DNA of 64,000 bases, taken from assembly GCF_000143415.4 (NCBI RefSeq), contig NW_003314282.1, positions 1,197,374-1,261,373 of the forward strand, given 5' to 3'. Under the pieces are notes generated by a model. The model searched no databases and was not told the origin of the DNA. It saw only the letters and a list, made by a program, of their open reading frames with translations. Shown piece by piece: positions 1 through 11,415 of this stretch (position 1 is its first letter; each line of letters starts with the position of its first letter). The position numbers and the translations under genes were made by a program. Source of the DNA: Selaginella moellendorffii. Taxonomy: Eukaryota; Plantae; Lycopodiophyta.

Positions 1-1550
1 CAGGTCATTAGAAAACAACAGTTTGGATTGCCTACCACCAGAACATGTACACTTCTCTTACAAGTCAGTTTTTCTCTATTGCCATTGAATTGTTTATCAC
101 CTATATGTTTTTTCAGCGCTACTTTTAGCTTGTGTGAGAAGAAACATACAACACTTATATTTGAAGTAGTGGTACCATGTGCAGCCATATTGTTAGTTGG
201 AGCTGTACTTGTGGTTTGTTTCTTTTCCCGTGGAAAAACTTCAAAATCCATCACAGAACAGAACAGGAATCCAAGTAAGTTCCAAAAGGTAGCCTTGTGG
301 GTAACTCATTTTTCTAATGGCATATTGTTCCATCCAGGCTTGTCTCTAAAATCTCCAAACTCTAGCACTAAAATGATTGCTTACAAGGATGTGATTGAGG
401 CCACAAGCAACTTCAAGAGAGTCATTGGTGAAGGAAGTTTTGGACCCGTGTACTATGGCTGCCTTCCAAATGGTGTTGAAGTTGCAGTCAAGGTTTTATC
501 CAGTAACTCAAAGCAAGGATATCAAGAATTTCAAACTGAGGTGAGTTTGATCATCAACAGGTACAAATCTATCTAATTTTCCTTGATAGATTGATATTTT
601 ATCAGTTGTACACCACAAGAACTTAGTGCCCTTTCTTGGTTACTGTACTCAAAAGTCCAAGCTCATACTGGTCTACGAGTTCTTGTCAAATGGAACGTTG
701 AGGGAGCACTTGTATGGTGGTAAGAATTTTTTGTGTTGAAACGTCCTCCTTTAATGTAATGTCAGAAGGTAAAAGATATCCAACTCTAAGCTGGAAAACT
801 CGGCTTGGAATAGCTCTAGATGCTGCTCAAGGTAAGCTAAATCTCTGAATTGATATGATATAACTCTCTCTCATAGGCTTGGAGTATTTGCACACATCAT
901 GCAATCTACACATAATCCATCGAGACGTCAAAACAAGCAATATACTTTTAAGTTTTGATATGGTTGCAAAAGTCAGTGACTTCGGTCTCTCCAAGTTTTA
1001 TGACAGTAACAAAGCATCTCATGTCTCAACTGGCATCAAAGGAACTCCAGGATATCTTGATCCAGAGTGAGCAAAAGTTTTTTTTCTCAATAAGCATGAT
1101 ATCTTACTGAATTTAATGGTTTTTCAGGTACCATTCCTATAGCAGGCTCACAGAGAAATCAGATGTATACAGCTTTGGAGTGGTACTATTTGAGATTGTT
1201 TGCGGACGTGAGCCCCTCAATTTCACACTTCTTGAGGAACAAATTGTTCTTTCGGAATGGGTAAACTATTAAGAGAGCTTAGTTATAAACATCTGTTCTT
1301 TGCTTCCTCCCAGGCATGCAAGGAACTTGAGAAAGGCAACCTACGAACAGTAATCGATCCCAGCTTATCCGACTATGGAGAGAAAGCAGCACTGAAGGTT
1401 TTGGAGGTGGCAAGAAAATGTGTGGAACGTTCTCCCCACGGGAGGCCTAACATGAGCACTGTCGTGATCCAGCTGAGAGAGGCCATCCAACTCGAGGAGG
1501 ACGGAAGTTCCCTGCCAAAATCCATGGAAATATTCACTGGAGGAAGATAG
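1..1550 (+). CDS. Receptor-like Ser/Thr kinase, 3' part (TM + kinase, multi-exon, 5' end outside window); resembles LRR-I/IOS1-type RLKs
   Basis: TM segment [20 protein letters not shown]; motifs [44 protein letters not shown] spread over exons separated by short GT-AG introns (e.g. 275-337, 541-589); stop TAG 1548-1550. Confidence 0.85.
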
Positions 1551-1613
1551 ATATGCAAATATACTAGAATTTTATAAGATTGTGGATATATAGTTTACGA
1601 TGGCATTTTTAAC

Positions 1614-1616
<3 letters not shown>

Positions 1617-1643
<27 letters not shown>
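1617..1643. repeat. (TAA)n microsatellite
   Basis: About 9 tandem TAA units. Confidence 0.9.
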
Positions 1644-1644
<1 letters not shown>

Positions 1645-2519
1645 AACTTTTACTTTAATGTTTTAAAAGTTGCGACTGTTTAGGGACTGAGTGGGATACT
1701 GCAGTCAAATCGTTGTTATCAAATGCGGGCTGCTTTTCTCAGGAAGAGAATACTACACCGGTAAGTGCTAGTGCTTTGTATCCTTAGTAGAAAGAGGCCG
1801 CTGGACACTATCTTTCTTGAGCGCAATGAATTTCTCTCCAGTGTTTGTCACTCTGCCCACAAGATCCACGATCACCAAATTTCCGAAGTGTCAACCCGAA
1901 TCGAATCCTTGGCACCGCTGATCCCATCCCGGTGGCTCTACGATGGCTGCTCCTGCTGCTGGATGCTGGAGGACAAGTCAGCCTCGCCGATCTCAAGAGC
2001 GCCAAGCTCAGGAAGCAAGAGAAGAAGGGGAAGGGAGGCATGATTCGCGAGGACCTCTACTATCCTGGCGTCCTGTAGGTGCATCGTGTGGCCAGCACGG
2101 GCTGCATTACGAGAAACAATGCCAGTGGTACGTGTCCATGCTAGACATGCAAGGATTCGTCAATGGCGAGCTCAGAGCTGGTTCTACATACGAGCGAGCT
2201 AGCGGGAGGCTACAGGTGACTCCTAAGTTCCCATCAGTGCCAGAAGCCTCGGATCCAGATTTTCTTCTCATGACTTAACGCTGGCAGATGTTCTTCCCTC
2301 GAAACCGAGCCGCGGTTTTGCTACGGTGGTAGAGCACATCTAGTGGCTGTTCAAGCTGCCTCATCCGGCTATCACGTTGAAAGGCGCAGAACTCGTGCTG
2401 TCCGAGGAACACGGTGTTCAAGGTGTGGTTGCGCCTCTAGCCAGTGTCGAGAAGCGTATCATCTCGCAACGGATGGCCATGTCAACCTGCGGAGGCTGTG
2501 CAGCTCAGGAGAGGTGGAC

Positions 2520-2860
2520 GTAGGTCTCCTCAGCTATCTGGTACTGGAGAGTTACGGGGAGCTATTCGGTGAGGCTCATGTCCGGGATGCAGTCTCCATG
2601 GAGGAGATGTGGAACCATAGACTCTGGCACCTTCACGAGAAAGGTGTGCTCCATCGGGATCTCAAGCCAGACAACATGCTGGTCTTAATGGGGTGCTGAA
2701 GATCATCGACTATGACGTTTCGTGTTTCAAAGGCGAGGCTACCACCTTCACGGAAGACGCTGGCACCAAGGGGTATGAGTCGCCATTCGCTACTGCGGCC
2801 TTACAAGTAGGAGGATGACGTGCTGAGCTTGGCACTGGTGTTTTACTCTCAAAGAACAGG
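2520..2860 (+). pseudogene. Decayed protein-kinase fragment
   Basis: LHEKGVLHRDLKPDNML followed, after a frameshift, by LKIIDYDVS, AGTKGY and DDVLSL-like motifs; no intact ORF. Confidence 0.6.
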
Positions 2861-3775
2861 CGTGCGAGGACAGATGAGAGCGACTTCGTATTTTGGGTGA
2901 CGACCTCTGCTCACAGTGCTGGCGCTGGACAAATTCATTGAGAAGCTATGGTTTTGATCCTAGAGACGCCCTCTCTACTGCGAAGGAAGGTGACTTGGTG
3001 TATCCTTAAAATGTTTTTCTTCCTTTATATTGATAGTAGCTAAATCTTCTACACCATGCGAAGCAACAAAACTACCCACATACTGCTAGGAGAATGTGTG
3101 GTTGCAGCATTCTACTTGTAAAATCATCCACTTACAAACTTCTACCAACGTACCATACATTTGTAGCTTTGCCAACCATCTTTTATTCCGGATGAATGGC
3201 AGGAGATTCGTGCTCAGAAAACTGCAGCCGCCGTGAGTGACAAAGGTTTTTGCAATCTGTGGAGCCCGCACTTGCTCCGAGCCTGCTGTAACGTATCAAC
3301 TCGATGCAGTTCTTGAGGACTTTGTGGCTGATGCATGGAGAATGGGATCTCTGGGGATGGCTGGGACAGCTCTATGTATCATGATCATGACAAAAGGAAG
3401 GATGCAAAAGGTGCAAGAGTGAAATCCTTGCCATGCTTGCCAAGAATGTGATTCATGTGCACTATGTGCAACCAGGGATCACATATGATGATCTTCCATC
3501 ATCAGCTTTTGCAGTTCACTTTTCTGCAATGAAAGAGGTTATGGAATGCATTCAGTGTTCATACCTCCTACCGGACACGACATAGGGAGGAGCACAAGGA
3601 GCTGTGATCAAAATATAGTTAGAACTTATTGATACATAAATGATACGTGTTTGTGTAAAGCTTGTGTTACTAGTTGTTCTTGTTCCGCTATCAAGAATAA
3701 CACCTGGTAAAGTTTCAGCGTTCTAGATGGATGGAATGGAATTGTGACTAGAACATCTTATTGTTGCGTGTAGTT

Positions 3776-5799
3776 TTAGTAAAGATGGATGGACTCGTTG
3801 GTGACGAGCTTTACGTAGACGTGTTTCCTGCGAAAGAAAGAGAAGGATTCCAGTGATGAAAAAAAAACAATGCCAAGAGTGTGAGCACCTGTCGTGTGGA
3901 TGGATCGAGTTCCCGGTGGCGAGCCCTACGTTTTTGCTTTCGTCCCTGGGAAAGTAACGAGGGAAGGACTTGTTGGTGTAGAGAGCATTCGTGCTGGACA
4001 CCACCAGCGGCCTCATCATCTCGTTATCCTCGTGCTCGAGAATGTGGCAGTGCCACACAAAGTGTGGAAACGTCGTTGGATCCAGCGGGAACCTGTACGA
4101 GATGCTGGGCTTGAACGCCAGGAAGAACCGGGTGACGGTGGCGGGCTGGATGACGGCCGTGTCCTTCCACCCGACTTGATCCACGTCGGCTCCCTGTGCC
4201 TCGCCCGTGTAGCAGCTCCTCGAGTCCGGATAGTCGTACTCGAACGAGCACGACCCGGCAGCGAATCGCCCGGTGTCGAATCCCTGCTGCTCGAGCACGA
4301 GAAAGTTGATGAGATGGATGTGGATCGGATGGGATGCTGTCATGGTGTTGATCATGCACCACACCTCGTTCGTGTAGAGCAGGACTTGCTCGGTGGCCGG
4401 ACGCGTGAAAGAGAGCCTGTCCTGGAGGAAGAGTCCCGTGAGCGTGTTTCCAGAGTCGAGGCTTACACGGTGGACGAAAGGCCGGTTGTAAGTTGACACC
4501 CAGTCGACGTACGAGAGATCTACTCCGGTCGTGGCTTTGATGATCGATAGCGTCGGCAACTCGGCCAGCTCGCTTGGAGTGAGTGCTTGCGGGATCTCAT
4601 CGTCGTCTTCGTCGATGGTACCGTTGGTCCGCCAGTTGATTACTTTGAACAGGAGAACCTCTTGCTCGGTGACGCTTCCACTCGGGAATGGAGCCGGCGC
4701 GGTGTTGTACAAGAGAACTCTCTCCCCGGGCTTCACTCCGCGAAAGTCGATAAGAATGTCGACTCGCTCGGAAGGAGAGAGCCTGAGCTTCTTCTGCCGT
4801 ATCGGAGTCGCCAGGTATCCCCCGTCCGTGCCAATCTTCATGAAGCTCAAGCTCGTGTCGTTCAAGTTGAGGATGAAGAATCTCGAGTTTGCCGCAAGCA
4901 GCACCCGGAACCTCACCACCACCGGCCAGACTTCGATGTAAGGCCACACCTTCCCGTTCACCAGAATGGTATCACCAAAGTAGTCCGGACACCACTGCGG
5001 ATGAACTCCCGGATTGCTCCCAACACTGGGATAGTTTATGGAGCCGTCGCTGAAGAACTGCTTGTCTTGGATCACCAGAAGCACGTAGTTTCTCGGGACC
5101 CAGGATGGATCTTCCCACGGCGACTCTATCACGTAAACTCCGACCAAGCCAGCAGCCATGTTGAGCCGGGTCATGCCGTAAGTGTGGTCGTGATACCACA
5201 GGAGCGAGTGGCGCTGAAAGTTGGGATAGACGTAGTTTTGCGTCACGTAACCCGGGCCCCGCTCGCCAACTGATGTAAACCAGGCTTCTGGATGCCCGTC
5301 AGACCAGCTCGAGCCCTCTTGTCCATGGAGATGAGGGACCATGGGAATGTAGCCGTAGCGCGGACCCGCCCCTAGGATCGTATAGTCGACTGGAAGAAAG
5401 TGTTCACGATCTGGAATGTGATTTTCCCATCGGACAAAGGATGTTTCTCTCTTTTGGGCTATCAAAGTTGGACCCGGAAAAGAAGCTGTATACTCGCTCG
5501 TGCCGAATGCATACAGTGTTGTTGGTGGCAAGTCTCTGTGCAGTTTCTGCGTCAACAAAAGAAAAAACGAGTCTTGGAAGAGTCTGGAAATCAAGTGGAG
5601 AAAGAACACATACCTGGGTGATTTTGTAAGCTCCAATGGTAACTCTGTAGCGTGGGCTCAAGTATATCTTTGGTGGCGTTGGAAGAACGTCGACGAACTT
5701 TTCCAGCTCCGGGGATGGTGACAGTTGCAGACAGACCTCATCCGCTTCTACTGCGACTAAAATCTCGAGGATGAACAGCGTTACGAACTTCCAAGACAT
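3776..5799 (-). CDS. Secreted multicopper oxidase, LPR1/CotA/bilirubin-oxidase-like; exons 5799-5614, 5546-3889, 3827-3776 (if the last intron is retained the ORF ends at 3723)
   Basis: Signal peptide MSWKFVTLFILEILVAVEA, LEKFVDVLP, Cu motifs HLHG, WYHDH, HPIHIH, WHCHILEHEDNEMM; 67-bp GT-AG intron 5613-5547 and probable 61-bp intron 3888-3828. Confidence 0.88.
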
Positions 5800-5963
5800 T
5801 AGGAACTCTTCCAACCTGCTTGCAACACTTGCCGAACTTAAATAAAGTCAGTCAAAGAAGTGAACCTGGCGTAGTCCAGACGTACTTGCAAAGTCTTTTC
5901 CAAAGAGCGTGACACAGCTCGCCGGGAGTTCAAATAATTCAGCGCTTGAGAGGCCGAAAAATA
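5800..5963. promoter_or_regulatory. 164-bp divergent intergenic region between oxidase and RLK1, with W-box-like AGTCAA (5850-5855) and a conserved 44-bp block (5910-5953)
   Basis: Head-to-head ATGs at 5799(-) and 5964(+); block TGACACAGCT.GC.GGGAGTTCAAATAATTC.GCGCTTGAGAGG recurs at 12649-12692 and 26018-26061. Confidence 0.6.
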
Positions 5964-8495
5964 ATGGCTAGCAAAGGAAAGTTGTGCTTCATTGTCTCGT
6001 CGATCTTCATCCTGCGTTTTGCTCAAGCAGAACAATACTACAGGAATTTCACCAGCAAAATAAATGATTCCTTCTTGTTTCCGCTTGATCCACACGGCTT
6101 GAATGGCCGCTACGCTGGTTTATGGTCCAACTATAGCGACACACAGATCAGCCGGTATATTAGTTACGAGGTGTGGATGCTGAGTTATAACGCTGACACA
6201 CCACGATCGTTTTTCCTGGCCCTCGTTGCCATCCGCAATCCAACTAGCTGGGAGCTCACAAGACCGGTCATCCTGTGGAAGGCCAGACAGACGAGGCTTG
6301 TAGGTGAGAATGCCACTCTACAATTTACCACAGATGAAGGACTTAAAGTCGAAGAAGACGGTGATGTTGTATGGTCCACGAAAACTGCAAACAGAGGCGT
6401 CCGGTGGCTCTGTATTTCCAATCGCGCAACCATAATGCTCCTGGATGAAAGCGGAAGCAATGTCATCTGGCAAAGCAGCGACGAACCTTCTGATACTGTG
6501 CTGTTGCAACGAGCACTTACGCCGGGACAAAAGCTCGTAAGTTGGAATACTTCAGAAGACAGCAGCGATGGCCTCTATAGTCTCGTCATAGAGAAAAACA
6601 GGCTGCAACTGTTGTACGCCTCGCAACCGTACTGGAGCTTCGGTAATATTACCAGCGAGGAAGATATGTTTGCGGTGTTTTGCTGGCAAAACGATGGTAT
6701 CGTGTCTCTGGATCTGCGAGGCAACTTCTCACAGATTGAAACGGAGCGTGATGACTTGGGCTTAGTGTTTTCCTGGTCATGTTCCAGTCGAGGTTTAAGA
6801 GACCAAGTGATGGAGTTGCCAATAAATGGGTCACAACTCACGGCCTCCACTTTCATAAAGCTGAAACCGGACGGGGATGTCGTCTTGTACTCCTGGAATT
6901 GGACGGGTACAAACTGGATAGATTTCTTCAGGTTTTCGACTCTCTTCAAGTGCTTTCTTCCAAGTGGATGTGGAAGATACAGAACCTGCAATTCAGCATC
7001 AGGCGCATGCGAGGAAACTTGTCCAGATACCTTTGCAAGAAGAGGTGAAGACTGCCAGCCACCATATCCACTAGAGACATGCGAAGACCAGCTCGAGTAT
7101 CGATTCGTTCGAAGAGAGGGAGCTGATTACTTCTCCACAAATTATTCCACTCCAGTTCCTGAAGCATCAGTGGAGGCGTGTCAGGGGCGACGTGAGTCGA
7201 ACTGCACCTGCACGGCGGCCTTTTATAATGACGGGAGCTGCTTTCTCACGCACGGCGACGTGCAGTCACTCCGATCTGGGAAGTACGTTGCTCTGCTGAA
7301 AGTTGCCCGCCCTCGAAAGGTTTCCAAGACGCAACTCCAGGCCATCACATTGGGAGTACTTGTTCCAACATTGTTCCTGCTGATAGTCTGTCTCGGATGG
7401 CACTGCCGGAGGAGAAATAAGCATGATGACGACGAGGGAGAAGAAGAAAGCACCTTGCAGCTATCCCTCATGGCGGGTATCCCCAGGCGCTTCAGTTTCC
7501 AGGAGCTTGAAGAAGTCACAGGGAAGTTCAGCAACTGCCTCGGGAATGGAGGATTCGGAAACGTTTTCAAAGGATTACTTGCCGATGGCACTGAAGTTGC
7601 TGTGAAGAAGCTCGAAGGCTCGAACCAGAAAAGTAAGGACTTTTTTGCGGAAGTTGGAATTCTAGCCAGGACGCACCACTGGAACCTCGTCAAGCTGCTG
7701 GGATTCTGTGCGCAAGGGCCCAGGAAAAGGCTCCTTGTGTACGAGTATATGAAGAATGGCTCCCTAGAGCGGTGGATATTTGAAGACGACAGAATTCCTG
7801 GGAATATTTCGTGGAAACTTAGATTCAACATCGCAATAGGCACAGCGAGAGGATTGAACTACTTACACGATGACTGTGTTGAAAGGATAATCCACCTGGA
7901 TCTGAAGCCGGAGAACGTACTCCTCGACGATGGTTTCCAGCCGAAGATAGCAGACTTCGGATTGTCCAAGCTCATGGACAGGAAGGAAAGCCAGTTGCAG
8001 CTGACGATTACGAGAGGCACCCCTGGCTACGTTGCACCGGAGTGTATTCAGGAAGGAACGGTGACTGAAAAAACAGATGTTTTCGGCTTCGGGGTTCTGC
8101 TGCTCGAGATCATAACAGGCTGCAAGAACAGGAACCTCTCAGGCGACTACCTGAAGGACTACTTGTTGGTTAGTAACAGAAACGGTAGTGCCGCTGCTCA
8201 CCTCTCTGAAGAAGAGAACGAAAAGGAAAGATTGAAGAATGTTGCGGCGTTGTGTGTTCGAGACGATCCAAACTTACGGCCCTCGATAAGCAAGGTTATA
8301 CAGATGATGGAAGGAGTTACCGAGCTGCTTGAAGTACCTTTGGAATCGGAGCTGAATTTCTTTTTCGCTTACAGACCCAAAGATCAGCTTAGCAGAACCG
8401 CAGCCTCGAACGTGACTTATAGGAGTTCTGATAAGTTGCTGAACTCATCTTCCTCGTTTAATGCCTTCTCACAATCTAGCCTGAATGCCCGATGA
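5964..8495 (+). CDS. G-type lectin S-domain (SD-2-like) receptor kinase, non-RD, intronless (RLK1)
   Basis: Signal peptide, B-lectin motifs (VVWSTKT, IWQSSDEPSDT), EGF-like and PAN Cys clusters, TM, kinase GNGGFG/VAVKKL/HLDLKPEN/DFGLSK/RGTPGY. Confidence 0.92.
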   Translation: MASKGKLCFIVSSIFILRFAQAEQYYRNFTSKINDSFLFPLDPHGLNGRYAGLWSNYSDTQISRYISYEVWMLSYNADTPRSFFLALVAIRNPTSWELTRPVILWKARQTRLVGENATLQFTTDEGLKVEEDGDVVWSTKTANRGVRWLCISNRATIMLLDESGSNVIWQSSDEPSDTVLLQRALTPGQKLVSWNTSEDSSDGLYSLVIEKNRLQLLYASQPYWSFGNITSEEDMFAVFCWQNDGIVSLDLRGNFSQIETERDDLGLVFSWSCSSRGLRDQVMELPINGSQLTASTFIKLKPDGDVVLYSWNWTGTNWIDFFRFSTLFKCFLPSGCGRYRTCNSASGACEETCPDTFARRGEDCQPPYPLETCEDQLEYRFVRREGADYFSTNYSTPVPEASVEACQGRRESNCTCTAAFYNDGSCFLTHGDVQSLRSGKYVALLKVARPRKVSKTQLQAITLGVLVPTLFLLIVCLGWHCRRRNKHDDDEGEEESTLQLSLMAGIPRRFSFQELEEVTGKFSNCLGNGGFGNVFKGLLADGTEVAVKKLEGSNQKSKDFFAEVGILARTHHWNLVKLLGFCAQGPRKRLLVYEYMKNGSLERWIFEDDRIPGNISWKLRFNIAIGTARGLNYLHDDCVERIIHLDLKPENVLLDDGFQPKIADFGLSKLMDRKESQLQLTITRGTPGYVAPECIQEGTVTEKTDVFGFGVLLLEIITGCKNRNLSGDYLKDYLLVSNRNGSAAAHLSEEENEKERLKNVAALCVRDDPNLRPSISKVIQMMEGVTELLEVPLESELNFFFAYRPKDQLSRTAASNVTYRSSDKLLNSSSSFNAFSQSSLNAR

Positions 8496-9546
8496 AATTA
8501 TACGTTACAACATTGAACGAAAAATATACCTTCGTTGATTCGCTACTGCTGAAACTGTTGCGCTAAGCCAAAAACAATGTAGCTGCAATATCATTAAATC
8601 ATCAACCTCCAAAGAAGAACAGTTATATCTTCTCCTATTTGGGTTCCAGAAACTCATAAAGGAAATTCGTCGTCCAAGTCTGTAGAAAAATCGTCAATTA
8701 GTACGTGATTCAAAACTAGAAATTATAAGAAGAAACCGTTTCGAGCTTCGGCTTTCAGCAATAGCAAGCTACAAAAAGAAAAACCTCGCGAAATATCCTG
8801 AAAAGCTCCATCAGGAACACAAGAAAAGAGAAAGATTGCCAATCGTCATTGCAATGTGGGGTAAAAAGGCAATATTGAGCTTAAAATCGCAGGTGATCTT
8901 GAGAGAAAAGGATGGAGCTCCCTCATGAGAGTTTCGAAAAGATGCTGAAACTATCAATATCGTTCAAGGATTTGCCACAACACGAGTCCATCTAGAGCAC
9001 AAAAAAAGGAATAGCAATGGACGCGATTCTTAGCTTGAAAACCAAAATTTACCAAACGATGGACAGCGTCCGCCTGGAGCTAACACAGTTGGAGCACAAA
9101 AGCAAGCGCATCACAGCGCGCTCTTCCTCTATCAACGAACAGCGACCAAAGTGTGAGCGTCCATCTAAAGCCAAAGGAATTCTTTGTGTAAGCGAAATAT
9201 ACCTCAGATTTCACGGATCTTCTGTGACGAGCTCCAGCGCCAAGAAAAAGAAATCGCGCCATGGCATTGCATTCTACAAATTGCGAGGTTAATCAGCCGC
9301 AAGAAATCGAAACTAGAGAGAGCAACTCAATGAATGAAGTGTCACCTCAAAGATTCACCACAGTGCTCGAGCAGCATTGCGCCGATCTCCACGGAATGCG
9401 ACTCGATCGGCAGAAATCCATTGCATTTTCCGAGCTCCATCCCTGGCCCATTCATAAACCCTAGAACACAAACCCACTTTAAGAGGCTTTAACAGGAGCA
9501 AAGGTTTATTATTTATCCACGTATGATCCAAAACATTCTTCGCAAT

Positions 9547-10774
9547 CTAGCGAGCCAAGGATTTCACAGCGTCTCGCAGCCTCGTGTAGTCCTCGAGCTT
9601 GTTGTAAATCTGGTGAGAAACTCTCGCGTACGCCGTCCCGGATCTCTTGCTCTTCGAATTCGCGCTGGGCGATCCCCCCGCCTGGAAGCAAATCGGCACC
9701 TCCACTCCAAACTCCCTGCGCAAGCTCGGCACACGTCCCACACTGCGTCCCCCACGCCGCCGCGAGCATCTCCGCCATCGCCATCGCCCGGCGGTGATTG
9801 AAAGCGATGAGACTGGAGAGGCCACCTAGATTCCCATCGATGAACTCCACCGCGGCGGTCACAGCGAGCTGGGAGGTGTAGTCTCTCGTCCCCACCCAAG
9901 AACACTCGCTGAAGAGCCCCAGCTTGAAGTTGTGAGACACCACCGGGTGGTGGAGGCGCTCCAGGTGCTTGGCCTTGGCGTGGAGGAACGCGACGCTATG
10001 TGGAGCGAAGAGCCACTTGTGGAGATTGCTCGAGTAGTAGTCGGCGTCGATCTCCTCCACGCTCAGCTCGATGTTGCCGATCGCGTGAGCTCCGTCCACG
10101 AAGATCTGCTCCACTCCAGCGTCGCGGCAAAGGGCGACGAGATCTCGCGCCGGGAGAACCACCGATGGCATCGAGGTGATGTGGTCGATCACCGCCAGCC
10201 GGATGGTGGTGGAGCTCTTGGCGGCCTGCTCCAGCGATCGCTGGAAGCTGTCGATGATCTGCCGGGCGGAGAGGATTGGAAGCGCGAGCTCCACCTCGAT
10301 GATCCTCGCGCCGGCGCGAACAGCGTAGGCCTCGAAGCACTTCTTCACGGCGGCATAGCTGCAATTGAGCATGAGGATGGCGTCGCCGGGGTGGAATCTC
10401 TTCTCCAGGAATCCCCACGCCATGTCCTGGGCGATCATCGCCGCCGCCGTCGTCACGTTGTCCACCAGGACGATCTCCTCCACGTTGGGGGCGCGGATGA
10501 TCGACGCGATCGCCTCCCGCGACGCGCGCAATCTCTTCTCCAGGGGGCCGAAGTAGAACTCGTCCGGCTGCTCCAGCCACTGCCTGTGCCATCGCTGCTG
10601 CGCCTCCAGGACCGATCGAGGACAGCTCCCAAAGCTCCCATTGTTGATTCTCGCGATTCCTTGCCTGTGATGCGAGAATTCGCGAGCCAGCATCTCCTCC
10701 CAGATCTTGCCGGATCCTACAATCGGCATTCTCTGGATACTCCCGGCCTCTTGGCCTTGCATCGACACAGTCAT
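9547..10774 (-). pseudogene. L-cysteine desulfhydrase-like (class V PLP enzyme) copy frameshifted by an 83-bp deletion
   Basis: Near-identical to 29650-30960 but lacks the equivalent of 29826-29908; native C-terminus (ARVSHQIYN) is out of frame. Confidence 0.85.
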
Positions 10775-11120
10775 GGCGCAGCACCCTCGATCGATCAAGA
10801 ATCCCTACCCTCGTCGCGGGGATCAATCCAATGCAGCACAACCTTCCCAGAAGAATCTACACTCACAATCTCGCGGGAAATAGGTCGAGTTCTTCGCCGC
10901 TGCCCTGCCGCCATAGCTCAAGCTTCTGCCCTTAAAAACAAACGAGCCTCTTATTCCCTGGATATTCTCATTTGTCCGTTATTATATGAAGGAATCTATG
11001 GGCATATCCGTCTTGGTCAATGCATATGCCCGGATATCCTAAGAAGATAGCTTTGCAGCAATGGCAAAACAATTCCTCCACGAAAGAAGGAATCGATCGA
11101 TCAAAAAGAATGTTGCCATA

Positions 11121-11415
11121 GCTTTTCGAGATGCTTGCTATCGCCCATCCTGCAATGGAAGAATAACAAAGGTTGTTAGATCTCGATTCCTCTGGAGAAA
11201 GATCGTCAAACCTTGTGTTTTCGAGTGCCCATCCTAGTTATTAAAAGAATAGCAAAGATCGTTAGATTTTGAGAGAAAGATCCTCAAACCTTTGCTGTGT
11301 TATTCGAGACGCTATCGCCCATCCTGGCAAAGACATGTGATAGAAGAATAACAAAGCTTGTAAGATTGCGATTCCTCTGTAGAAAGACCATCAAACCTTT
11401 GTTTACGTTTTCGCT
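11121..11415. repeat. Degenerate tandem repeat, 3 units of about 85-105 bp
   Basis: Recurring TTCGAG..ATCGCCCATCCT..AGAATAACAAAG..GTTAGAT..GAAAGATC.TCAAACCTT. Confidence 0.75.

Noticed and set aside
7223-7843. Recurrent 206-aa antisense ORF in RLK1, RLK3 and RLK4
   Set aside because: Shadow of near-identical kinase genes; broken in the diverged RLK2
9017-9464. Small ORFs in the thrice-repeated RLK-desulfhydrase spacer
   Set aside because: Starts and frames are not preserved in the copies near 18.8 and 29.1 kb; similarity reflects recent duplication
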